Assembly (NCBI RefSeq): GCF_003019035.1
Contig: NZ_CP027447.1
From: Escherichia coli
Lineage (GTDB): Bacteria > Pseudomonadota > Gammaproteobacteria > Enterobacterales > Enterobacteriaceae
Length of the DNA stretch: 64,000 bases
Strand: one strand, 5' to 3'
Shown here: positions 56,979 to 64,000 of the stretch, in pieces
Numbering within the stretch: the stretch's first letter is position 1
How the letters are laid out: every line of letters starts with the position of its first letter
The notes under the pieces: model-generated
Seen by the model: the letters and a program-made list of their open reading frames with translations, nothing else
Databases searched by the model: none
Told to the model about the DNA's origin: nothing
Made by a program: the position numbers and the translations under genes

Positions 56979-57043
56979 GTTTTCGTCTTAACTCCCACCT
57001 ATACCAGCTATGTATTTTTAACAAAACAAAGAGGATATTTTTC

Positions 57044-57616
57044 ATGCAAATTGGCTACATTCGTGTGTCAACAAATGACCAGAATACAGATTTACAACGA
57101 AACGCACTGAACTGCGCAGGATGTGAACTGATTTTTGAGGATAAAATCAGCGGAACAAAGTCAGCCCGACCGGGATTGAAAAAGCTGCTCAGAACGTTAT
57201 CAGAAGGAGATACGCTCGTTGTCTGGAAGCTGGACAGGCTGGGCAGAAGCATGAAACACCTCATCACTCTTATTGAGGAACTGCGGGAAAAAGGGGTTAA
57301 CTTCCGTAGTCTTACAGACAGCATTGATACGTCAACACCCATGGGACGTTTCTTTTTTCACGTCATGGGGGCTTTAGCGGAAATGGAGCGTGAATTAATA
57401 GTTGAACGAACACTGGCCGGACTTGAAGCAGCACGTGCACAGGGGCGTATTGGTGGACGTCGTCCGAAACTGACAAAAGAGCAACATGAACAAATAGCAA
57501 GGCTGATCAAAAATGGCTATAGCAGGAAACAGTTGGCAATTATTTACGATATCGGTATATCGACGATTTATCGTTATCACCCTGTAGAGGAACTTCAAAC
57601 TCAAGCTGAGTTGTAA
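57044..57616 (+). CDS. gin: Serine DNA invertase (Gin/Hin/Pin family)
   Basis: MQIGYIRVSTNDQNTDLQRNAL... with catalytic Ser in the YIRVST motif and C-terminal HTH; AAGAGGA RBS. Confidence 0.9.
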   Translation: MQIGYIRVSTNDQNTDLQRNALNCAGCELIFEDKISGTKSARPGLKKLLRTLSEGDTLVVWKLDRLGRSMKHLITLIEELREKGVNFRSLTDSIDTSTPMGRFFFHVMGALAEMERELIVERTLAGLEAARAQGRIGGRRPKLTKEQHEQIARLIKNGYSRKQLAIIYDIGISTIYRYHPVEELQTQAEL

Positions 57617-57651
57617 TTCTTTTTCTGATATTGAAATGCCGCGGCGATGTA

Positions 57652-57694
57652 ATTTATCTCACGGAAATAGGTACGTTTATCGCGCGGCGCATCA
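57652..57694. repeat. Right prophage end with putative transposase-binding repeat
   Basis: ATTTATCTCA (inverse of TGAGATAAAT) 33 bp inside the terminus, symmetric with the left end; terminus ...GCGCATCA. Confidence 0.6.
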
Positions 57695-57700
57695 ATTCCT
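57695..57700. repeat. Right target-site duplication (ATTCCT; 5 or 6 bp)
   Basis: Identical to 21435..21440. Confidence 0.7.
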
Positions 57701-58204
57701 TTGTAAATCCAGCAAATCATCAATGCCAGTTTCACTTGCGGTATAAAAACTATCGGACTGAAAAACACACGGGCGACCTTGCTGATTAAAGGTCATCAGA
57801 ATCAAAAACGCGTTAGGTGCCAGACCATTTCCTGAAATACCCCGCCAGATAACCAGATCCTGAATGCCGTTACGATCAAGATCGGCACGGTAAAGTTGCG
57901 CATTACCCGCCATATTTTGCAGCACCCCCACAGGCACAGACCAGGATTTACCGGCGCGATCTTTACCGTTCAATTGCCATTCACTATCATCATTTGGCAT
58001 CTTTTCAAGCGTCACGCCAGCAACGCCGACTTTTCTAAAATGCCAGGTTTGCTCGGCATCATAAGGCATGGTCAGGAGAGGTTTCAGCGCCCGCTTTTGC
58101 GCGTATTCGCTGTCACTCATCGGCAGATATTCGGTAAAGCTGGTGGCCTGTGCAGGCAGCACTAAGCTCAATAAAAAAGCGCACATCCCTGTTCTGATGT
58201 TCAA
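57696..58204 (-). pseudogene. N-terminal fragment of the host ORF split by the prophage (signal-peptide protein)
   Basis: Signal-peptide-like N-terminus (MCAFLLSLVLPAQA); terminated by a TGA formed by the prophage's last 3 bp; in frame with 21171..21434. Confidence 0.7.
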
Positions 58205-58228
58205 TTCCCTGAATTCCTTACTGAAAAA

Positions 58229-58699
58229 CTACTCTTCTTCCACCGCTAACTGCGCGAAGCCGCCGTTCCCTTCCCAGCCTTCCAGACGTTGATAAACGGT
58301 TTCCACCGCATCTTTAATCGGCTGGGTCATCGGGTAGTAAAAGCCGACGATATCCGGCTGGATGCCGAGGAAAATCACTTCGCCAATGTCTTCTTTCAAC
58401 TGGTCGATAAGGTAGTTCAGCGGCATGTTATGGGTAGTCATCATAAACATCTCGGCGATGTCATCCGGGTCGATGATGCGGATCTCGCCGGGGTTTAGCC
58501 CCATATCCGTGGCGTCGACAATCAGCAGTCGTGTCGGGCGCAGTTCACGGATGGCGACGATATCGTTTTCCGGTGCGCTACCGCCGTCAATCACCACCCA
58601 GTTACCTTTCGGCGCGGCGGCGCACTTTTCCGCCAGCAGCGGGCCTGCGCCATCATCGCCCATCATGCTATTGCCAACACAGAGTAAAACGTCAGTCAC
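58229..58699 (-). CDS. hycI: Hydrogenase 3 maturation endopeptidase
   Basis: 156 aa; hyc operon context. Confidence 0.93.
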   Translation of the reverse strand: MTDVLLCVGNSMMGDDGAGPLLAEKCAAAPKGNWVVIDGGSAPENDIVAIRELRPTRLLIVDATDMGLNPGEIRIIDPDDIAEMFMMTTHNMPLNYLIDQLKEDIGEVIFLGIQPDIVGFYYPMTQPIKDAVETVYQRLEGWEGNGGFAQLAVEEE

Positions 58700-59102
58700 G
58701 CAATCTCCTCACCATCAAATAGATGGCATTTTCCTGATAAATATCATGCAGCATACTTAACAGCATGGTACTCCATTCTTTCTGCTGCGAAGTTTGCGCT
58801 GCCCGGGCTTTATCGAATGCGTTAGCCAGCATCGGCACATGGTTAATGTCGATGACGATCTCACCGTACTTCGGCACGCCTTCCATTTTACGGCGGGCTT
58901 CACTGCCCGCCTCCAGAGTGGCAATCCATGCCAGATATTCATCCCACGGGCAGGTGAGCGCGGCTTCCAGGCAATCGATAACCCCAAGGTGGTGACCAAT
59001 CGCCAGGCTGTAATAGACCACCTGCTGCGCCTCGGCGGGCGTGGCATCGTTCTCATCAATAAATTTACGGCTCAGTTGACTGAACACCACCTTTTCACTC
59101 AT
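58692..59102 (-). CDS. hycH: Formate hydrogenlyase maturation protein
   Basis: 136 aa; operon order. Confidence 0.92.
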   Translation of the reverse strand: MSEKVVFSQLSRKFIDENDATPAEAQQVVYYSLAIGHHLGVIDCLEAALTCPWDEYLAWIATLEAGSEARRKMEGVPKYGEIVIDINHVPMLANAFDKARAAQTSQQKEWSTMLLSMLHDIYQENAIYLMVRRLRD

Positions 59103-59866
59103 CGGATACGCGCCTCTTCAACAACATGATTCAGATGGCTGACAATCTCGTTCAGACGCGGATCGTTTTCCGCTTCCAGCCAGCGTGCAACCTGTTCTTC
59201 ACCCTGCCCTAACTGTGTCAGGAAGTCATCGGCAATCTGACGACCGTAACGATAACCCGCCAGGCGGCGTGCTTCGCGATCCACTTTCACACGCAGCGGC
59301 TGCACCATATCGCCATGAAGGATTTCCGCCGGTTGTTCATCCTGCTCACCCGGGCCACGGGCGTGAATTTTCTGCTCCAGCAGGCCGAGCGCCATTGCAA
59401 AGCCGTACAGCGTGGCGGCTGGCGTTGGCGGGCACCCCGGAATGTAGACATCCACCGGGACGATTTTATCCGTACCGCCCCACACGCAGTAGAGATCGTG
59501 GAAAATGCCGCCGCTGTTACCGCAGGCACCGTAGGAGATACAGATTTTCGGGTCCGGCGCGGACTGCCACGCACGCAGCGCAGGGGATCGCATTGCACGG
59601 GTGACCGCGCCGGTAAACAGTAAAATATCCGCATGACGCGGTGACGGGACGACTTTAATGCCGAAGCGTTCTGCATCGAACAGCGGCGAAAGCGTGGCGA
59701 AAATTTCGATTTCACAGCCGTTGCAGCCGCCGCAGTCCACGCGGTAAACGTAGGCAGAACGTTTGATTTTTTTCAGTAACGACGCCTTCATGCTGGCGAT
59801 GGATTCATCCACCGTCATCGGGACCGGAATGCCGTTGGCGTCACGGGGGCCTAATAAATTGCTCAT
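59099..59866 (-). CDS. hycG: Hydrogenase 3 small subunit (NuoB-like)
   Basis: 255 aa with NuoB-like Cys motifs ([12 protein letters not shown]). Confidence 0.95.
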   Translation of the reverse strand: MSNLLGPRDANGIPVPMTVDESIASMKASLLKKIKRSAYVYRVDCGGCNGCEIEIFATLSPLFDAERFGIKVVPSPRHADILLFTGAVTRAMRSPALRAWQSAPDPKICISYGACGNSGGIFHDLYCVWGGTDKIVPVDVYIPGCPPTPAATLYGFAMALGLLEQKIHARGPGEQDEQPAEILHGDMVQPLRVKVDREARRLAGYRYGRQIADDFLTQLGQGEEQVARWLEAENDPRLNEIVSHLNHVVEEARIR

Positions 59867-60408
59867 CAGATGGCCTCTTTCATATGGCGAGTCAGTTCAA
59901 TACGGTCGGACGGCACCAGGCATTTCTGGCGCTTACATTCCGGGCAAGTCTCAAAGCTTTCGCGGTGGTTTTCCGCGCGGCTGTCACCATTGTGCTTAAG
60001 CAGCGCAATGGCGTAGTCGATCTCTTTCTGGACGGCGAAAGGACGATTGCAGACGCGGCAGTTGCACAGCGCGAAGCGGGACTGTTGCAGGAAGTCTTCT
60101 TTCTTCCACACCGCCAGTTCGTACTCTTGCGACAGTTTGATCGCCGCCGTCGGGCAAACTTCTTCGCAGCGTCCACAGAAGATGCAGCGCCCGAGATTAA
60201 ACTCCCAGGCAAGCTCTCCTGTGGCGAGGTCGGTTTCAACCGTTAAGGCGTTTGACGGGCAGGCATTGACGCAGGCCGCGCAGCCGATGCACTGCTGCGG
60301 GTTCTGCTCTGGCTTACCACGGAAGTTTTTATCAACCGCAATCGGCTCCAGCGGATAAGACGAGGTCGCCGTGCCGGTTTTGATGACTTTTTTGATAAAG
60401 GTAAACAT
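59866..60408 (-). CDS. hycF: Formate hydrogenlyase 4Fe-4S subunit
   Basis: 180 aa with two CxxCxxCxxxCP ferredoxin motifs. Confidence 0.95.
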   Translation of the reverse strand: MFTFIKKVIKTGTATSSYPLEPIAVDKNFRGKPEQNPQQCIGCAACVNACPSNALTVETDLATGELAWEFNLGRCIFCGRCEEVCPTAAIKLSQEYELAVWKKEDFLQQSRFALCNCRVCNRPFAVQKEIDYAIALLKHNGDSRAENHRESFETCPECKRQKCLVPSDRIELTRHMKEAI

Positions 60409-60417
60409 GGCGATTCC

Positions 60418-62127
60418 TTATTTCAGCGGCGAGTTTTTACGCTCAATGCTGTAGCGCTCGAGTTCTTTGTACGGCACCACTTTGCTCTTCTTCTTACGTA
60501 CATCGACCACGGTCATGCGGTCGGTACAGGAGTAGCAAGGGTCCAGGCTACCGATAATCAGCGGCGCATCGGAAACGGTGTTGCCGCGCAGCATGTAGCG
60601 CAGGGTCGGCCAGTTCGCGTAGGTCGCCGCACGGCAGCGCCAGCGGTACAGCTTCTGGTTGTCGCCGGTCATGCTCCAGTGGATATCGTCGCCGCGCGGC
60701 GCTTCGGCAAAGCCCAGCGCGAAACGGTGCGGAATATAGGTAAAGCCTTCCACCATCAGCGGACCGCCCGGCAGGTTATCCAGACCGTAGTCGATCATGT
60801 TCAGCGCGGTATAGACCTCGTTGATTCGCACTTTCAGACGGGAAATAACGTCGCAGCCCTGCTCGCTGTGGACTTCCATTGGCAGCAGGCCATAACCGAC
60901 AAACGGGTGATCGGCGCGAGTATCGCGGGCGTGACCGCTGGCGCGAACCATCGGGCCAACGTTACTGAAGTCGCGAGCGATTTCCGGGTCCAGACGACCA
61001 ATACCGACGGTGCGTTGTTCCATGTTCGGTGTGCTCAGCAGCACATCCACCAGCTCCTGCACTTCACGACGCATCTGTTGTGCCAGCTGGCGGGTCTGGA
61101 TCATGTCGTCTTTCAGCAGATCGCGACGAATCCCGCCGATCAGGTTCAGGCCGTAGGTTTTACGTGCACCGGTAAGGATCTCTGCCATTTTCATGGAGGT
61201 TTCACGCACGCGGAAGAACTGCATAAAGCCGGAGTCGAAGCCGGTAAAGTGACAGGCCAGGCCGAGATTGAGCAGATGCGAGTGCAGGCGTTCTACCTCC
61301 AGCAGAATGGCGCGGATCATCTGCGCGCGTTCTGGCACCTGAATACCCATCGCGTTTTCCACCGACGTGGTATAGGCGGTGCTGTGAGCAAAGCCGCAGA
61401 TCCCGCACACACGGTCAGAGAGGAAGGTCACTTCGTTGTAACCCATACGGGTTTCCGCCAGTTTTTCCATGCCGCGATGGACGTAGAACAGGCGGTAGTC
61501 GGCGTCGATAATGTTTTCACCATCGACGAACAGACGGAAGTGACCCGGTTCGTCAGAAGTGACGTGCAGTGGACCAATCGGCACGACATTGTTTTTCTTG
61601 TCGCCCAGTTCGTTGATGAACTCGTAGGTTTCAGCATCAGTAGTCGGTGCCGGACGCTGACGATAATCCATGCTGTCTTTACGCAGCGGATAAAGTTCAT
61701 CCGGCCAGTCATCCGGCAGCACCAGACGACGTTCATCCGGCAGACCAACCGGAATCAAACCGTACATATCGCGCACTTCGCGCTCGCCCCACACCGCCGC
61801 CGGAACGCGCGGCGTTACGGACGGATATTCCGGTTTGTTGGCGTCAACTTCGACGCGCACCGTTACCCAGCACTTAGTCCCCTTCTCCATCGACAGCACG
61901 TAGTAAACGGCGTAATGACCATTAAGTTTGCGTTCGTCGTTACCAAACAGCACCGACAGCCAGCCCCCCTGCTTGTAATAGAGAAACTCCACCACTTCCG
62001 GCAGGTAGTTCACCTTCACGGTCACGGTCAGCTGATCTTTGGTCTGCCAGGCGTGGTCCAGCACGACGCCCGGAAATGCCTCATTCAGCGCGGCGAGATA
62101 ATGTTGACCTAATTTTTCTTCAGACAT
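60418..62127 (-). CDS. hycE: Hydrogenase 3 large subunit
   Basis: NiFe large-subunit motifs (RVCGICGFAH N-terminal, DPCYSC C-terminal); start at MSEEKLGQHYL. Confidence 0.95.
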   Translation of the reverse strand: MSEEKLGQHYLAALNEAFPGVVLDHAWQTKDQLTVTVKVNYLPEVVEFLYYKQGGWLSVLFGNDERKLNGHYAVYYVLSMEKGTKCWVTVRVEVDANKPEYPSVTPRVPAAVWGEREVRDMYGLIPVGLPDERRLVLPDDWPDELYPLRKDSMDYRQRPAPTTDAETYEFINELGDKKNNVVPIGPLHVTSDEPGHFRLFVDGENIIDADYRLFYVHRGMEKLAETRMGYNEVTFLSDRVCGICGFAHSTAYTTSVENAMGIQVPERAQMIRAILLEVERLHSHLLNLGLACHFTGFDSGFMQFFRVRETSMKMAEILTGARKTYGLNLIGGIRRDLLKDDMIQTRQLAQQMRREVQELVDVLLSTPNMEQRTVGIGRLDPEIARDFSNVGPMVRASGHARDTRADHPFVGYGLLPMEVHSEQGCDVISRLKVRINEVYTALNMIDYGLDNLPGGPLMVEGFTYIPHRFALGFAEAPRGDDIHWSMTGDNQKLYRWRCRAATYANWPTLRYMLRGNTVSDAPLIIGSLDPCYSCTDRMTVVDVRKKKSKVVPYKELERYSIERKNSPLK

Positions 62128-62144
62128 GCTCAAACTCTCTTTAA

Positions 62145-63068
62145 TCACGCCGCCAGCAAGGAGACGAACGCTAAAAATGCAAAGCCAAACCCGGCCCAGG
62201 TAATGCGTGGTGTAATATCAAGACGCAGACGGGCCATGCTGTTTTCGAACAGCGCGATAACCAGGACGCCAACCACCAGTTTGACGATGGCAATCACCAG
62301 CGCCAGCAGCAGCCCACCGACGGTGAAGGTTTCCATTTGTCCCCACGGAATAAACACCCCGACGAACATCTGCAACACCACCAACTGTTTCAGGCTGATG
62401 CCCCATTTCATGACGCCAAAACCGCTGCCGCTATACTCAGAGAGCGGACCTTCCTGCAACTCCTGCTCGGCTTCCGCCAGGTCGAACGGCAGTTTGCCCA
62501 TTTCGATAAAAGTGGCGAACGCACAGGCACAAAGCGCCAGCACCAGCGGGATGCTCTGGCTCAGTGGCCAGTGATAAACGGTGTCGGTGATGTTGCTGAT
62601 GTTGGTGGAACCGGCAACCTGTGCGGCAACCCACAGACCAAGCAGCAGCATCGGTTCAACCAACACGCCAAGCATCGCTTCACGGCTCGCGCCGATAGCG
62701 GTAAACGGGCTACCGGTATCCAGACCAGAAATGGCAAAGAAGAAACGCGCGATGGCGAAGAGATACAGTAAGGTGATCAAATCGCCCAGTTGCGGCAGCG
62801 GAGAACCGACGGTCACCACCGGCAGCGCAGTGGCGATAGTCAGCATGACGCCCACCATCACATACGGCGTCAGGCGGAACACCCAGCCGGAGGCATCCGG
62901 GCCAACGCTCTGACGCCCCAGCAGTTTGATAATGTCGCGATACTCCTGCAACACACCCGGCCCACGACGGTTATGCAGACGGGCGCGCGCTACGCGGGTA
63001 ATACCGGAGAGCAGCGGCGCAACGGCAAATAGCACCAGCGCCTGAATTAACGGATATAAAACACTCAT
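62145..63068 (-). CDS. hycD: Formate hydrogenlyase membrane subunit (NuoH-like)
   Basis: 307 aa polytopic membrane protein; operon position. Confidence 0.93.
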   Translation of the reverse strand: MSVLYPLIQALVLFAVAPLLSGITRVARARLHNRRGPGVLQEYRDIIKLLGRQSVGPDASGWVFRLTPYVMVGVMLTIATALPVVTVGSPLPQLGDLITLLYLFAIARFFFAISGLDTGSPFTAIGASREAMLGVLVEPMLLLGLWVAAQVAGSTNISNITDTVYHWPLSQSIPLVLALCACAFATFIEMGKLPFDLAEAEQELQEGPLSEYSGSGFGVMKWGISLKQLVVLQMFVGVFIPWGQMETFTVGGLLLALVIAIVKLVVGVLVIALFENSMARLRLDITPRITWAGFGFAFLAFVSLLAA

Positions 63069-63070
63069 TC

Positions 63071-64000
63071 TCAGGCTCCTCGTGAAACAATAATCACCAC
63101 CAGCACCGCCAGTTCAACCAGCGCCATCCGGCGGAACAGCAACGCACTCCCCTCGCACTGCCAGCCCGGTACCAGCGACACCGGATTCAGCCATTTGCGC
63201 AGTTTCAGCACCGGCGCAAACGCCTGTTTCACCGGCATGGCAAAACCGTGAGCGGTAATCACCATTGATTTTTCATGGTCGTAGCCGCACACCCAGGCCG
63301 CGCCGCGGGAACGCGACGGCAAACGATCGCCTTTGCAAATCGCCATAATGATGAATGGCAGCAGCGGGCAGGCAATCAGCAGCAACGTGATCATTGGTTG
63401 AGAAACGGTGGTGTTAGCAGGCTCCAGCGGCAGAGGTACAGCAGCAGAGAGCATCGGCAGTAGCCACGGCGCAGCAACACCGCCAATTACGCAGCAAATC
63501 GCCAGTGCCACTACGCTTACGCTCATCAGGAGCGGCGCACAGGTGGCGTTTTCGGCTTCTTTGGTACGCGGCGCGCCGAGGAAAGTAACACCATAGACTT
63601 TCGCCATACACATCACCGCCAGCGCACCGGTAATTGCCAGCCCCACGGCGAGCAGCGGCCCGAGAAGACGGGCAACAAACGCGCCACTATTGCTCAGTTT
63701 GAAGAAGGATTGATAGATAACCCATTCCCCGGCAAACCCGTTCAGTGGCGGCAGCGCAGCCATTGCCATCAGCCCGACTAACATGGCGATGGAGATAACC
63801 GGCATTTTCTTGCCAATACCACCGAGTTTTTCGATATCGCGATGACCGGTACGGAACCAGACGCTCCCCGCCCCGAGGAAAAGCACGCTTTTGAACAGGC
63901 TATGGTTAAGCAGATGGTACAGACCACCGACCAGGCCAAGGGCAATCAGCGCCGGTTGTTCGAGCGCGATACCCGTTACGCCAGCGCCCAGCCCCAGCAG
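63071..64000 (-). CDS. hycC: Formate hydrogenlyase membrane subunit (NuoL-like), C-terminal part; gene continues beyond window end
   Basis: Open minus-strand frame to the window edge; polytopic membrane sequence; operon position upstream of hycD. Confidence 0.9.
   Translation of the reverse strand: MLGLGAGVTGIALEQPALIALGLVGGLYHLLNHSLFKSVLFLGAGSVWFRTGHRDIEKLGGIGKKMPVISIAMLVGLMAMAALPPLNGFAGEWVIYQSFFKLSNSGAFVARLLGPLLAVGLAITGALAVMCMAKVYGVTFLGAPRTKEAENATCAPLLMSVSVVALAICCVIGGVAAPWLLPMLSAAVPLPLEPANTTVSQPMITLLLIACPLLPFIIMAICKGDRLPSRSRGAAWVCGYDHEKSMVITAHGFAMPVKQAFAPVLKLRKWLNPVSLVPGWQCEGSALLFRRMALVELAVLVVIIVSRGA

Larger units (their letters stand above)
21441..57694. mobile_element. Mu-like (BcepMu-type organization) transposable prophage, ~36.3 kb
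   Basis: DDE transposase plus AAA+ B protein, Gam, GemA, Mor, Mu-like portal/F/G head genes, P2/Mu-like tail, Gin invertase with invertible fibre segment; termini TGATCAG...GCGCATCA with TGAGATAAAT motifs 33 bp inside each end; flanking direct repeat. Confidence 0.85.

Noticed and set aside
60679-62112. 477 aa plus-strand ORF
   Set aside because: Antisense to hycE, which has clear NiFe-hydrogenase motifs; Arg/His-rich low-complexity translation typical of a shadow ORF.

Overview
The window is an Escherichia coli-type chromosomal segment interrupted by a ~36.3 kb Mu-like transposable prophage. Host backbone, left to right: alaS 5' end, recX, recA (with SOS box), pncC, mltB, the sorbitol operon srlAEBD-gutM-srlR-gutQ, norR / norVW (sigma54 promoter and three NorR sites), hypF, hydN, ascG, ascFB, REP elements; then after the prophage hycI-hycH-hycG-hycF-hycE-hycD and the 3' part of hycC. 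In K-12 ascB and hycI are neighbours; here they are ~37 kb apart. The prophage (about 21441..57694) has 5'-TG...CA-3' termini, symmetric TGAGATAAAT end motifs and a flanking (A)TTCCT direct repeat, and it splits a host ORF whose two fragments rejoin in frame. Its layout is BcepMu-like rather than Mu-like: a leftward early operon (Ner-like, transposase A, ATPase B, Gam, GemA, Mor) diverges from a rightward repressor, followed by lysis genes, Mu-like head genes, a P2/Mu-like contractile tail, and a Gin/Hin-type invertase with an invertible tail-fibre segment. The best candidates for an undescribed system are three accessory loci of unknown function: an AT-rich membrane-protein gene translationally coupled to the repressor (31112..32098), an odd three-gene cluster with a P-loop NTPase (32495..33832), and a membrane-protein moron at the left end (21802..22434). 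All homology calls are from reading the translations by eye; no database search was run. No rRNA, tRNA or CRISPR array was seen.
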